In this document: positions 1 to 10,212 of the stretch, piece by piece | How the letters are laid out: each line of letters opens with the position of its first letter | Position numbering within the stretch: position 1 is the first letter of the stretch | Notes under the pieces: model-generated | Seen by the model: only the letters and a program-made list of their open reading frames with translations | Told to the model about the DNA's origin: nothing | The model's database searches: none | Origin: Desulfarculaceae bacterium | Lineage (GTDB): Bacteria; Desulfobacterota; Desulfocorpusculales; Desulfocorpusculum | Direction: 5' to 3' | DNA length: 64,000 nucleotides | Assembly: GCA_037443445.1 (NCBI GenBank) | Contig: JBBIOJ010000003.1 | Span: forward strand, 11,816 to 75,815 | Position numbers and translations under genes: made by a program

Positions 1-990
1 ACCACAGAGGCCGCATACGTGAAGGCTGATATGGCTTCCGTGGCGCCCGAGCTGGGAGGTAGGATCCTGGAGGTGCTTGTGCGAGAGGGCCAAGAGGTCA
101 AAGCCGGACAACCGCTTCTGAGACTGGAGGACGAGGACTGGCGTCACAAGCAAGAGCAGGCCGAGGCCAAGGTGGCCGAGATGGAAACACAGCTTCTCAG
201 ACGTCGTGCGGTCCTGGAGCGCACCAGAGCTTCTGTGAAGGCGGCCATAGAGGTAGCCGAGGCAGCTCTGGCCGCAGCCAGAAAGCAGCTTGCCAGAGCA
301 CAGGCCAACTTAGAGTATCTCGAAGCCCAGGAGCGCAGGATGCACGCCTTGGTCCAGAGGGATGTCGTTGCACGCTCCCAATGGGACCAGGTCCATGCCG
401 GCGCCGAGGCGGCAAGGGCAGAGGTGGCAGCCGGCAAGGACCAAGTGGCCTTGGCAGAGGCCAGGCTAGTGGAAGCCAAGGCAGCCAGACACACCATAGA
501 TGAAGCCGAGGCAGCCCTTCAGGAGACACAGGCTGGCTTGGAGCAGGCAAGGGCAGCCCTGGCCCAGATCCGCTGGGCAAGAGGTAGAGCCGAGCTCAAG
601 GCTCCCATTACGGGGGTCATAGCCAGACTCTTCGTGCGTGAGGGAGATTTCGCGGTTCCGGGAAGACCGCTCTTGGCCCTGTACGACCCGGCCACCAGGT
701 ACGTGGAGGCGAGGTTCGAGGAGAACAAGGTTGCCAGCCTCAAACTGCAGCAAGAGGCTGAGCTGAGGGTTGATGCCCTGCCTGGTCTGGTGCTAAAGGG
801 CAGAATCCGCCGCATCTTTCCGGCTGCGGCCCAAGAATTTGCCCTCATACCCAGGGACGTCACAGCAGGGGAGTTCACAAAGGTGATGCAGAGGGTCCCG
901 GTGGAGCTGGAGATCCTGGATCTGGATGGACATCCGCAGGTTGTGCCAGGGCTCTCGGTGGAGGTGGCCGTGAAAAAGGAGGGGGCCTAG
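1..990 (+). CDS. emrA: HlyD-family membrane fusion protein (EmrA-like efflux pump periplasmic adaptor), 5'-partial at window edge
   Basis: Reading frame is open to nt 1 (no upstream stop). Contains a biotin-lipoyl-like motif (GRILEVLVREGQEVKAGQPLLRLED), a long coiled-coil and a C-terminal beta-barrel segment typical of HlyD/EmrA. Its stop TAG overlaps the GTG start of the downstream MFS pump (TAGTG). Confidence 0.8.
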   Translation, partial: TTEAAYVKADMASVAPELGGRILEVLVREGQEVKAGQPLLRLEDEDWRHKQEQAEAKVAEMETQLLRRRAVLERTRASVKAAIEVAEAALAAARKQLARAQANLEYLEAQERRMHALVQRDVVARSQWDQVHAGAEAARAEVAAGKDQVALAEARLVEAKAARHTIDEAEAALQETQAGLEQARAALAQIRWARGRAELKAPITGVIARLFVREGDFAVPGRPLLALYDPATRYVEARFEENKVASLKLQQEAELRVDALPGLVLKGRIRRIFPAAAQEFALIPRDVTAGEFTKVMQRVPVELEILDLDGHPQVVPGLSVEVAVKKEGA

Positions 991-2528
991 TGCAAGGGTC
1001 CAACAAGTGGGTAGTGGCCTGCCTGGTAACAGCGGGGATGTTCGTGGCCTTCCTGGACACCACCATAGTGGACATAACCCTTCCCAAGATGATGTCCACC
1101 CTAGAGGCGGACATGTACGATGCCCAATGGATAATAATCGCCTATTTCATGGGCGCAGCCGTGGCCATGACCTTGGTGGGCTGGATCGCCGAGAGCCTGG
1201 GCCACAGAGACACCTATCTTGCGGGGCTCTTGCTATTCGTGGCCATGAGTGCCACCTGTGGGGCAGCCTCCTCCTTGGAAGCCATGCTCCTATCACGTTT
1301 CCTCCAAGGAGTGGGGGAGGGTCTGTTGATCCCTGTTGGCTGGCTGCTTCTCAGCGACTCCTTCCCTCCACAAGAGAGAGGACTGGCCATGGGCATCTAC
1401 GGCCTCGGGGCAGCCTTCGCTCCGGCCATAGGCCCCTCCATGGGAGGCCTCATCACAGAGCATCTCTCCTGGCGATGGATATTCTATGTGAACGTGCCCA
1501 TAGGGCTCCTGGACGCCATACTGGTAATCTGGCTTCTCCAAAACACCAGGAGGTCCCCTCGTGTGCCCCTGGACGGGATAGGAGTCCTGATGCTCTCCGT
1601 TGCCCTGAGCTCCCTTGTGATCTTCGTCTCCAAGGGACAGGAGAAGGGGTGGCTTCAGTCGGACTTCATTTTGCTGATGGTGATGGTCTTCGCGGTGAGC
1701 TTCTCCGGATTCCTCCTCTGGGAGATCCTATCCCCAGGACCCCTGATACCGAGAGCGGTCTTTCTGAACAAAGAGGTGCCCCTGGCCCTAGTAGCCCTGG
1801 GGCTCAACTCAATGGTGGCCTACGGGGTCTACCTTCTCCTCCCCGTGTACCTCCAGAGGCTCAAGGGCTACACCACCTTGGACTCGGGTTTGATCATGTT
1901 GCCTGGCTCCGTCGCCTCGGCCTTGGCCACTCTTCTCGGGGGGGCCATGGCCGACCGCTTCAGGCCCAAGATAGTGGCCATGGCATTTCTGCTCGGCGGA
2001 GCCTGGGCTACTTGGGCCTTTAGGATGGGTTACTTCGATCCCCGTTCAGCCATAGTATGGGACAACCTTGTTTGGGGATTCGCCATCTCAGGGGCATTCG
2101 CTCCCTTGAGCTACCTGGTGTTCGCCTCCCTGAGGGAGGATGAGTTTTCCCATGGCTCAATGATCATAAACGTGACCAGACTCGTGGCAGGCTCCATAGG
2201 AACGGCAGTCTCAACCAACCTGTTGACCGCGAGACAAAACGCTTTTTACGATGCCATAGCAAGCAGGATGGACTGGGGTTCCCGTGCGGGAGGTGAGTTC
2301 CTCGCCTCTCTGGGATCCTGGCTGGGAGGAATGGAAAGGGGGGCCTGGTTCGACCCCGATACCACCCATATGGGATTGGAGACGGCCAAAAGGCTCATAC
2401 AGGCCGTGGCAGGCGGCGAGGCCTTCATGGCCACTTATAGGCACCTAGCCCTCCTCATGCTTCTGGCTGCTGGAGCGGTGATCCTGGCCAAGAATCTAAA
2501 GGCCCAGGGGAGAGGGCCGGCTCACTAG
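990..2528 (+). CDS. emrB: MFS transporter, DHA2 (EmrB/QacA) family multidrug efflux permease
   Basis: 512 aa with 14-TM architecture and a DHA2 N-terminal motif (FLDTTIVDITLPKM). Translationally coupled to the upstream HlyD gene. Confidence 0.85.
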   Translation: MQGSNKWVVACLVTAGMFVAFLDTTIVDITLPKMMSTLEADMYDAQWIIIAYFMGAAVAMTLVGWIAESLGHRDTYLAGLLLFVAMSATCGAASSLEAMLLSRFLQGVGEGLLIPVGWLLLSDSFPPQERGLAMGIYGLGAAFAPAIGPSMGGLITEHLSWRWIFYVNVPIGLLDAILVIWLLQNTRRSPRVPLDGIGVLMLSVALSSLVIFVSKGQEKGWLQSDFILLMVMVFAVSFSGFLLWEILSPGPLIPRAVFLNKEVPLALVALGLNSMVAYGVYLLLPVYLQRLKGYTTLDSGLIMLPGSVASALATLLGGAMADRFRPKIVAMAFLLGGAWATWAFRMGYFDPRSAIVWDNLVWGFAISGAFAPLSYLVFASLREDEFSHGSMIINVTRLVAGSIGTAVSTNLLTARQNAFYDAIASRMDWGSRAGGEFLASLGSWLGGMERGAWFDPDTTHMGLETAKRLIQAVAGGEAFMATYRHLALLMLLAAGAVILAKNLKAQGRGPAH

Positions 2529-2554
2529 AAGCGCCTCAGGGTGGGGGAGTAGAC

Positions 2555-3340
2555 ATGGTGGGTTCCATAGCCGGGGACATAGTGGGCTCTGTTTACGAAG
2601 CCAATCCCATAAAAACAAAGCAATTTCCGCTTTTTCACCCCCTGTGCAGGTTTACGGACGACACTGTTCTCACCTTGGCCATTGCCAAGGCCTTGATGGA
2701 GGACCGAGACTATGCCCGCTGCCTGAGGGACCTGGGCCGCCGCTATCCCCGCGCAGGCTACGGGGGAACTTTTTCCAGGTGGCTCCTTTGGGAAGAACCG
2801 AGACCCTATGGGAGCTGGGGAAACGGCTCTGCCATGAGGGTGAGCCCGGTTGGCTTGGCCCTGGAAACCCAGGAGGAAGTGCTCCGGGAGGCATCTCGCA
2901 GTGCCTCGGTCACCCACGACCACCCAGAGGGTGTGAAAGGGGCCCAGGCCACCGCGCTAGCCATATGGCTGGCCAGGAAATTCCATGACAGGGAACTGAT
3001 CAGGCGAGAGATTTCAAGTAGATTCGGCTACGACCTGTCCCGCACCCTGGAAGGCATCCGACCCGGTTACTCCTTTGAGATCTCCTGCCAGAGAACTGTT
3101 CCGGAAGCCCTCATTTGCTTCCTGGAGTCGGACTCCTGGGAGGGGGCGGTCAGAAACGCTGTTTCCCTTGGAGGAGACAGCGACACGCTGGCCTGCATAG
3201 CAGGTGGGGTGGCAGAGGCTTTTCACGGCCCCCTTCCAGGGGAGGTGATCGGACAGGTTAAAAGGAGACTCCCACCCGAATTGTGGGACATCTTGGCTGA
3301 CTTTTACTCCAGATTCTCGCCTTGGCCCCTGATCCCCTGA
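2555..3340 (+). CDS. ADP-ribosylglycohydrolase family protein (DraG/ARH-like)
   Basis: 261 aa with motifs typical of ADP-ribosyl hydrolases (GDIVGS, DDTVLTLAIAKAL, GNGSAMRVSPVGLA, GGDSDTLACIAGGVAEA). ATG at 2555 is preceded by a GGGGGAG Shine-Dalgarno sequence. Confidence 0.75.
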   Translation: MVGSIAGDIVGSVYEANPIKTKQFPLFHPLCRFTDDTVLTLAIAKALMEDRDYARCLRDLGRRYPRAGYGGTFSRWLLWEEPRPYGSWGNGSAMRVSPVGLALETQEEVLREASRSASVTHDHPEGVKGAQATALAIWLARKFHDRELIRREISSRFGYDLSRTLEGIRPGYSFEISCQRTVPEALICFLESDSWEGAVRNAVSLGGDSDTLACIAGGVAEAFHGPLPGEVIGQVKRRLPPELWDILADFYSRFSPWPLIP

Positions 3341-3383
3341 GGGCTGGAGTCACAGGGTATCCAGGCGGGCTCCTCCAGGGAAT

Positions 3384-3689
3384 TCAGCCCCCGGAGTAGA
3401 CCGGCAACACCCTGACCTGGTCCCCGTCTGCCAGGGCTTCCTCCAGGAGCCTTGAGGGGGAATCCAGCCTGTTGTTCTTGATGAACAAGAGCTGGTTTTT
3501 CAAGCAGCCTCCCTGGGCTTCAAAGAGCAGCTCCTTGAGCCCGGGATTCCTGCTGCCCATGGCCTCCAGGAGTTCCCTCAAGGTAGTGCCCTCTGGAATC
3601 TCCACCTTTGTCTTGGAGCGAAGGGGTGAGAGGATCTGGAAGTCCTCACCCAGTTCCTGGCCTGAGCCAAGCCAAAGCTCTAGCTCCAC
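3384..3689 (-). CDS. MoaD/ThiS-family small sulfur-carrier-like protein (AorD-like) downstream of the AOR gene
   Basis: C-terminal ~100 aa of the 3384..3830 ORF resembles MoaD (EGTTLRELLEAMGSRNPGLKELL ... DGDQVRVLPVYSGG, with terminal Gly-Gly). Likely GTG start just after or overlapping the AOR stop at 3695; the upstream part of the ORF overlaps the AOR gene and is not coding. Start is approximate. Confidence 0.6.
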   Translation of the reverse strand: MELELWLGSGQELGEDFQILSPLRSKTKVEIPEGTTLRELLEAMGSRNPGLKELLFEAQGGCLKNQLLFIKNNRLDSPSRLLEEALADGDQVRVLPVYSGG

Positions 3690-3694
3690 ATGTA

Positions 3695-5557
3695 TCACAG
3701 CTTCCTGGTCCCTGAGAGACCCTCCCACCAGGCCCTTATGCCCAGCCTCTCCAGGGTGGAGGAAAGTGGCCACCCGGTGGAAGGCTCCCATCCCATCTCC
3801 TCGTGGTACACCTTCAGCATCTCCTCCCAACGGGCCATTATGTCCCTGCCCGCTGCAGGACCGTCTTTAGGCACAGAGCCGTAACGCTGGGAAGGACGAA
3901 TTTGTTCCATTCTGAGGCCATGAGAGAGGTTGAAGAGCCTAAGTACATTCACCGCCCTGAGGCCCACCCGGAAGGCGTCTTCCAGGTTGAAGTTCCACCC
4001 TGTCACCGCATTGAAGGCCTTGAGTATGTGAAGGGGGTTCATGCTGGCCAACCTGCAGATGCCCACGCAGTCGTCGAACTGCCTGATGCCGTTGAACCTG
4101 GCGCAGATTCTGGCCACCTCCAGGTGGTCAAAGGGATCCTCCAGTTCCCTCATGCCCAGGAAAGAGGCCTGGATGCCACCGAAGGAGCTCTCTATGGTGG
4201 AGGTGTTGCTCACACAGGTGTCGAAGAGCTCTGTCCAACGCCCCCTGTGGTCGTGCCCCCTGGGGCTGGCTCCTCGCATGGTGTGGATGGCCCACTGGCT
4301 GGTCTCTCCCCCCAGCCTGGTGGCAGCCCTCATGACCCCTTCGGCAAGGAGCTCTCCCAGGAAGCCCTGTCTCCTGGAGATGCGCCCCAGGAGTTCTCTG
4401 ACAGCCTCCACATTCCCCCAGCTCAACTCCAGCCCTTCTGTCTGGGAGGGCTTCAAGACTCCCCTTTCACAGCATTCCATGGCCCATCCCACGCACCAGG
4501 AGGCCTCGTTGCAATCCATGCCCAGCCTGTCCACCTCGTGAGCCAGGACCACTGCCCCGCCGAGATCCGTGTTGCCGATCTGAGGCCCCCAGGCCGCAAG
4601 CTGCTCATATTCCGGCTCCTCTGCTGTAAACCCACTGTAAGGCCCCTCTGTGACAGTGACCTCTTTCACATGGGCCATACGGCACCTGAAGCAGGGCCGG
4701 GACTTGATACGGAAGTGGGTACGCAGGTACTGCCCGTTCATCTTCTCGTGTTCCTGGAAGATGTTGGTGGTGTAGTTGCGAACCGGAAGGGCTCCCTGCC
4801 CGTAGATGGTGGAAAAACCACCTCCTGTGCCCCACCTGTAAAACGGTCCGAATTCCTTCATGAATCCGAAACATTCCAGATCTGCTTTCTTCACCCCTTC
4901 TGGATCAGCCACAGAGAAGCCCCTGGGTGCCCTGTGTGCCACCAAGGCCTTGAGGTTCTTGGCCCCCATCACAGCACCCAGCCCGTTGTGGGCAGCCACG
5001 TGGCCCCCGTCTCCAACTATTGCCGCATAGCGCACCAAGTTCTCCCCAGCCGGGCCTATTGCAAAGACGCTTACCTGAAGTCTCTTGGCTCCGAGCTCTC
5101 TGTGCAGTTCCGCCTCGGTCTCATCCACGGGCAGGCCCCAGAGTCCCGAGGCGTCCTTGAGGGAGGCCCTTCCTTCCTTGATTTCCAGGTATACTGGTCT
5201 GGAAGAGCGTCCCTGCAGGATCACCCCGTCGAATCCCGAGAACTTCATATAGGCCCCCATGAATCCGTTGGCCTGGGAGGAGCCTGCCATCTCGGTCATG
5301 GGGCCCTTGGAAACCACGTTGAAGGTGGCAGCTCCACCAAAGCCAGACCCTCCCAGAGGTCCACAGGTAAATATCAAGCGATTTTCCGGATGGTCCCATG
5401 AGACGGTTGGTCCCACCTCTTCCATCAAGTACTTGGCGCCCAGGGCGACCCCCCCCACCCAAGTCCTGAGATCCTTCTCCAGCAACTCCTCGCTCCAGAT
5501 CTCTCCTCGGCTGAGATCCACCCTGAGCAGCCTGCCTAGATATCCTGGGGGAGCCAT
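3695..5557 (-). CDS. aor: Aldehyde:ferredoxin oxidoreductase (tungsten-containing AOR family)
   Basis: 620 aa. N-terminal GRLLRVDLSRGEIWSEEL matches the AOR N-terminal domain, and there is full-length similarity to tungstopterin AORs. Followed by a MoaD-like gene, as in characterised bacterial aor operons. Confidence 0.85.
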   Translation of the reverse strand: MAPPGYLGRLLRVDLSRGEIWSEELLEKDLRTWVGGVALGAKYLMEEVGPTVSWDHPENRLIFTCGPLGGSGFGGAATFNVVSKGPMTEMAGSSQANGFMGAYMKFSGFDGVILQGRSSRPVYLEIKEGRASLKDASGLWGLPVDETEAELHRELGAKRLQVSVFAIGPAGENLVRYAAIVGDGGHVAAHNGLGAVMGAKNLKALVAHRAPRGFSVADPEGVKKADLECFGFMKEFGPFYRWGTGGGFSTIYGQGALPVRNYTTNIFQEHEKMNGQYLRTHFRIKSRPCFRCRMAHVKEVTVTEGPYSGFTAEEPEYEQLAAWGPQIGNTDLGGAVVLAHEVDRLGMDCNEASWCVGWAMECCERGVLKPSQTEGLELSWGNVEAVRELLGRISRRQGFLGELLAEGVMRAATRLGGETSQWAIHTMRGASPRGHDHRGRWTELFDTCVSNTSTIESSFGGIQASFLGMRELEDPFDHLEVARICARFNGIRQFDDCVGICRLASMNPLHILKAFNAVTGWNFNLEDAFRVGLRAVNVLRLFNLSHGLRMEQIRPSQRYGSVPKDGPAAGRDIMARWEEMLKVYHEEMGWEPSTGWPLSSTLERLGIRAWWEGLSGTRKL

Positions 5558-5719
5558 AGGGAACCTCCTATTGTGGGGTCAGACTCGGATCGGATAGAAG
5601 GTATGAGCCTGGTTGGATGGCATGGAATCCAATGCCGAGAGGGAAAACACCGTGCAACCCAAAGGGCGGGACCGGCCTGATTCCGTCCAAGGAAAGACCT
5701 GGATCCCATGGAAAACTTG

Positions 5720-6946
5720 TCAGGAAAGCGCTGCCTTTTCCTTCCTGTATACGTAGACTGGCTCTTCGTTGCCTGCTATGACCCCCGGGGTGATGACGCA
5801 CTCGGCAAGACCCTGTTGGTCCGGCAGGTTGTACATTATATCCAACATGGCCTTTTCCAAAATGGTCCTAAGCCCTCTTGCCCCGCTTTTTCTCTTGATG
5901 GCCTCCCTGGCCACTGTGAGCAGCGTCTCCTCCAAGAACTCCAGGTGCACACCCTCCAGGTCGAAGAGGGCCTGATACTGTTTCACCAAGGCGTTCTTGG
6001 GCTCCTTGAGGATCCTGACGAGGTGCTCCTCTGAGAGCTCATCCAAGACAGCCACTATGGGCAGGCGGCCCACGAACTCGGGAATCATCCCAAACTCTAT
6101 CAGGTCCTCAGCCCGCACCTCGTGGAGTGGGTAAAGACCCTTGGGGGTTCTATCCTTTTCCGCTCTGAAGCCCAGTGCCCGTTGCTGGATCCGGCTTTGC
6201 ACTATTTTTTCCAAACCCACGAATGTCCCACCGCAAATGAAGAGGATTTGTGTTGTGTCCACCTTGTGGTACTGGCCTTTCATGCCCTTGGGATGGAGGT
6301 GCACAACAGTGCCTTCCAGCATCTTGAGAAGGGCCTGCTGAACGCCCTCCCCGGAGATGTCCCTTCCGTTGGCCGAGTTCACCGTGCGCTTGGCTATCTT
6401 GTCCGCTTCGTCTATGTAAACTATTCCCTGCTGGGCCCGCTCCTCGTCGAAGTCGGCGTTCTCCAGCAAGCGCATGATTATGTCCTCCACGTTCTCTCCC
6501 ACATAGCCCGCTTCGGTGATGGCAGTGGCGTCTGCTATGGCAAAGGGAACCTGAAGGATCTTGGCAAGGGTTTGGGCCAGGAAGGTCTTTCCAGATCCGG
6601 TGGGTCCTATGAGCAGGATGTTGCTCTTTTCCAGTTCCACGCCCTTGAGGGTTTTTCTTGCCTGCAGCCTCTTGTAATGATTGTGCACGGCCACGGCCAG
6701 GGTCTTCTTGGCCTCTTCCTGGCTTATGACGTACTCATCCAGAGCCTTCTTTATGCGAGAGGGCTTTGGAAAACCACCTGTCCGCTCGGCCCTGAACTCC
6801 TCTGCCAATATCTCGTTGCAAATCTGAACGCATTCGTCACAAATAAAGGCCTCTGTTCCCGAGATGAGCTTTCGAACCTCACTCTCGCTCTTGCGACAGA
6901 AGGAACAGTGGAGGCCGAGATCCTCGTCGAACGGTGTCCTCGCCAT
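5720..6946 (-). CDS. clpX: ATP-dependent Clp protease ATP-binding subunit ClpX
   Basis: N-terminal C4 zinc-finger ([27 protein letters not shown]), Walker A (GPTGSGKT) and full-length ClpX similarity. Start taken at MARTPFDE, the second Met of the ORF. No clpP is adjacent. Confidence 0.9.
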   Translation of the reverse strand: MARTPFDEDLGLHCSFCRKSESEVRKLISGTEAFICDECVQICNEILAEEFRAERTGGFPKPSRIKKALDEYVISQEEAKKTLAVAVHNHYKRLQARKTLKGVELEKSNILLIGPTGSGKTFLAQTLAKILQVPFAIADATAITEAGYVGENVEDIIMRLLENADFDEERAQQGIVYIDEADKIAKRTVNSANGRDISGEGVQQALLKMLEGTVVHLHPKGMKGQYHKVDTTQILFICGGTFVGLEKIVQSRIQQRALGFRAEKDRTPKGLYPLHEVRAEDLIEFGMIPEFVGRLPIVAVLDELSEEHLVRILKEPKNALVKQYQALFDLEGVHLEFLEETLLTVAREAIKRKSGARGLRTILEKAMLDIMYNLPDQQGLAECVITPGVIAGNEEPVYVYRKEKAALS

Positions 6947-7063
6947 TAATTGCCCCCCGGCTCCCATGAATATCCGGCTTTGTTCTTGTTATAACACAGC
7001 AGCCCTCCCAAGCAAACCCCTGCTGATTTCTCATCGACCAGTGCAGTGCAGGACTTTAGCTGC

Positions 7064-8986
7064 TCAGAGCAGAACCTTTCCCGACTCGGAAGGGTCGTAC
7101 CCCCCCAGCGCCCGTACCCTTTCCCTGAACTCTTGGCTCCTTATCACCTCCAGGAGCAGTTCTATCCCCTGGGTCTGGAAGAACACCTCCGGGATCACCA
7201 GGTCATATCTCTCTGATTTTACCGGGATGAATTCGAGGCCGAGGGCCTTGGCTGCCGCAAGGATTCCCATTCCAGCATCGGCAGCACCGCTGGCCACTGC
7301 CACTGCCACTGCCATGTGGGTATACTCTTGCTGGTCGTAGCCCTGGATGCTTTTGGGTTCAATGCCCAGCTCCCTCAAATGGAAATCCAGTAGAACCCTT
7401 GTCCCCGAACCTGCCTGCCGATTCATGAAGCGGACTCCCGGGCGTGCCAGGTCTTTGAGTCCTTGAATGCCCAAGGGATTTCCGGGGGCCACCATCAGGC
7501 CCTGCTCTCGGTACACCAGATGAACCATCCTGACCTTCATTCCTTCGAGGTACCGGGCCACATAACTGAAGTTGTAATCCCCTGTTTCCGGATCCAGCAA
7601 ATGGGTTCCGGCCAGATGGGCCTGGCCCTTCCTGACAGCCATCAGCCCGCCCAGGCTACCCACGTTGCTGGATGCCAGCCCGTATCCTGACCCGAGGGCC
7701 CGGAGTCTATCATGTATCAAGTCCAGGGTGAGGTCGTGGCTCCCTATGGCCACAAGGGTTCGACCCAGCTCTTCGGGCCTCCTGAGAAGTTCCACCTCCA
7801 CCTCCTCCCCCTCGGCCACCCCTTCCAGATCCTCTGGAACCCTCAGGATTCCGTCTGCCCTGGTAAGACTGGTTATGGAGCCGGCTGCACGGGGAAGAGC
7901 CGTGGCTGCCATTTGATCCCCTACCTTCCCCAACCTCACCCTCACGAACTCCTCCATGCCTATTCGGGAAGTTATCTTCCTGGAAACCCGGGCTCGAACC
8001 CGGGGCCTGGAGGTGGGATCCACTCCCAGAAGCCTGGCCAGCAAGGGGCCCACTATTTGCTCGCAGGAGACCACGGCCGAGACCGGGTAGCCCGGATTTC
8101 CTATGACCGGCCTTTCCTTCACCACCCCTAGCACCGTAGGCTTCCCAGGCATCATGGAGATGCCGTGAACGAGCACCTCGCCCAGCTCTTCTATCACCTG
8201 GGCTGTCATGTCCTCGGAGCCCGCAGAGGAGCCGGCATTCACCACAACCACATCGAAATCCCCAAGGGCACTTTCCAGGGTGTTCTTGAGTTGCTCCGGG
8301 TCGTCCTTGACAATGGGAAAGCGCACGGCTTCCCCTCCCCACTGCTCCACCAAGGCCCCCAGCACCACGGTGTTGAACTCTATTATCTTTCCCGGGGGCA
8401 GAGCGCCTTGTCTTTCCCAGGCCTCCCATTCCAGGAGCTCCCTGCCTGTGGGGATCAGAGCTACCCTTGGCCTGGGATGCACCCAGAGCCTGGTTACTCC
8501 TGCTGCCAGGAGAGCACCCAGGTCGTAGGGAGTGAGCCTGTGGTTCTGGGGGAGCAGCAGCTCGGTGGCCACTATGTCCTCTCCCACTCGCCTCACGTTT
8601 TGCCATGGATAGGCTGGTCGCTCTATCTGGATCCTGTCCTGATCCAGCTCCACCACATCCTCGATCATGACCACCGCGTTGGTGCCCTGGGGAAGTGGAT
8701 TGCCAGTGTTGACCGGGTGGGCGTTCTGCCCCAGCTTGAGAACCAAAGGTCGGTCTGGGTGGGCTGAATAGGTTTCTTCTGCCCTGAGAGCAAATCCATC
8801 CATGGCTGCCCCGTGGTAAGAGGGAGCCGAAAGCCTGGCAAAGACCCCTTTTGCAGTAACCCTTCCCAGGGCCTGCACAGCCGTCACCTCCTCGGGTTGC
8901 CTCCACCCCCCTACAGGAAACCTCTCCAGGAATATTCTCCTGGCCTCCTCCAGGGAGCGCATCCTGAGATACACGCGACGTCTCAT
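7064..8986 (-). CDS. moeA: Molybdopterin molybdo/tungsto-transferase MoeA fused to a C-terminal periplasmic-binding-protein-like (PBP-like) oxyanion-binding domain
   Basis: N-terminal ~400 aa is MoeA (MDGFALRAEE..., GGVSMG-type region). C-terminal ~230 aa (GLASSNVGSLGGLMAVRKGQAHLAGTHLLDPETGDYN ... ) resembles the PBP-like domain found fused to MoeA. Start taken at MRRRVYL, overlapping the upstream moeA stop (ATGA). Confidence 0.75.
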   Translation of the reverse strand: MRRRVYLRMRSLEEARRIFLERFPVGGWRQPEEVTAVQALGRVTAKGVFARLSAPSYHGAAMDGFALRAEETYSAHPDRPLVLKLGQNAHPVNTGNPLPQGTNAVVMIEDVVELDQDRIQIERPAYPWQNVRRVGEDIVATELLLPQNHRLTPYDLGALLAAGVTRLWVHPRPRVALIPTGRELLEWEAWERQGALPPGKIIEFNTVVLGALVEQWGGEAVRFPIVKDDPEQLKNTLESALGDFDVVVVNAGSSAGSEDMTAQVIEELGEVLVHGISMMPGKPTVLGVVKERPVIGNPGYPVSAVVSCEQIVGPLLARLLGVDPTSRPRVRARVSRKITSRIGMEEFVRVRLGKVGDQMAATALPRAAGSITSLTRADGILRVPEDLEGVAEGEEVEVELLRRPEELGRTLVAIGSHDLTLDLIHDRLRALGSGYGLASSNVGSLGGLMAVRKGQAHLAGTHLLDPETGDYNFSYVARYLEGMKVRMVHLVYREQGLMVAPGNPLGIQGLKDLARPGVRFMNRQAGSGTRVLLDFHLRELGIEPKSIQGYDQQEYTHMAVAVAVASGAADAGMGILAAAKALGLEFIPVKSERYDLVIPEVFFQTQGIELLLEVIRSQEFRERVRALGGYDPSESGKVLL

Positions 8987-10212
8987 GGAAAGCTCTCCAC
9001 CTCCACCCAATCTCCGCTATAGAGCCCTTCGCAAAGAGGATCGATCCGGATCAATCCATCCGCCCTGGAAAGATTCCCTATGAGACCCGAGGAGCCCAGC
9101 AAGGGACGGGCCCAGAGTTCCCCTTGCCTTTGTTCCAGGGCCACCCTCACATAATCCTCTCTGCCCTGGGCTGAGGCCAGGTTTCTGGTGAGCCTTGCCC
9201 GAAAAGGTCTGGGTCTGTTGATGTAGCTTCTTCCGCAAATTCTGTCCAACAAGGGCCTTCCCAAGAGATGGAGGATCACCAGAGCTGAGACCGGATGTCC
9301 AGGGAGTCCCAAGAAGGGTTTCCCACCCACCTCTGCCACCAAAGTGGGTTTGCCCGGCCTCACTGCAAGACCATGGGCCAGCACCTCAGCACCCGGCAAT
9401 GCCTGGAGGGCCTCCATGAGAAAATCCCTGGTACCGACTGAGCTTCCCCCCGAGACTATTACCGCATCGGCCGTCTCCAGGGCTTCCCTGAGGGCTTTGG
9501 AGAGCTGCTCCAGCCGGTCCGGAATTATTCCCATGGGGAGGGCTATTGCGCCCTCCAGGTTCACCCAGGAACAAACGGAGACCCCATTTACATCCCTTAC
9601 CTGGCCCGGAGCAGGCTCCGTGTGGACAGGCACCACTTCGTCCCCAGTGGAAAACACGGCCACCGATGGCTTTCGGTAAACCCAAAGCCTGGTTGTCCCC
9701 AGAGCCCCCAGGATCCCCAGATCCTGGGGCCTCAAGCTCCATCCCGAGGGCAGCACCTCCTGGCCTGCAGAGACGTCCTCCCCGGGTCTCACCACGTTCT
9801 CCCATGGAGCCACGCTCCTGTACACCTCCAGGGTTTCCGAGTCCAGTTGCTCTGCATGCTCTATCATGACAACAGAGTCCGCGCCTTCCGGCAGCATGGC
9901 GCCGGTGGCCACCCGCACGGCCTCCGAACCCCTCAGGGTCATCTGGGCGGGCTCCCCCATGCGCACTTCGCCCACTAGGCGAAGCAGGGCAGGCAGCCCC
10001 TCGCTGGCTCCAAAAGTGTCTTGGGCCTTTACAGCAAAGCCGTCCATGGTAGCACGCGGGAAACCCGGCAGGTCTTCCTTCGCCACCACCGTCCTGGAAA
10101 GCACTCTGCCCAGGGCATTCCAAAGCTCCACTTCCTCTTCCCCCGCCGGGGAAAATCTTTGGAATTCGGCCACCACCTCCTGGCGGCTTCTCACCCTGAA
10201 GAAGCGGATCAC
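8983..10212 (-). CDS. moeA: Molybdopterin molybdo/tungsto-transferase MoeA (second paralog)
   Basis: 409 aa with full-length MoeA similarity (ATMDGFAVKAQD, GAMLPEGADSVVMIE, GGSSVGTRD). In tandem with the MoeA-PBP fusion gene. Confidence 0.85.
   Translation of the reverse strand: MIRFFRVRSRQEVVAEFQRFSPAGEEEVELWNALGRVLSRTVVAKEDLPGFPRATMDGFAVKAQDTFGASEGLPALLRLVGEVRMGEPAQMTLRGSEAVRVATGAMLPEGADSVVMIEHAEQLDSETLEVYRSVAPWENVVRPGEDVSAGQEVLPSGWSLRPQDLGILGALGTTRLWVYRKPSVAVFSTGDEVVPVHTEPAPGQVRDVNGVSVCSWVNLEGAIALPMGIIPDRLEQLSKALREALETADAVIVSGGSSVGTRDFLMEALQALPGAEVLAHGLAVRPGKPTLVAEVGGKPFLGLPGHPVSALVILHLLGRPLLDRICGRSYINRPRPFRARLTRNLASAQGREDYVRVALEQRQGELWARPLLGSSGLIGNLSRADGLIRIDPLCEGLYSGDWVEVESFP

Noticed and set aside
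1007-2023. 338-aa plus-strand ORF in an alternative frame
   Set aside because: Internal to emrB in another frame; Gly/Arg/His-rich with no motifs.
3803-5401. 532-aa ORF on the plus strand
   Set aside because: Lies entirely antisense to the well-supported AOR gene. Pro/Gly/Arg-rich low-complexity translation typical of high-GC shadow ORFs.
7710-8906. 398-aa Gly/Arg-rich ORF on the minus strand
   Set aside because: Alternative frame inside the MoeA-PBP gene with a low-complexity composition; a shadow ORF.
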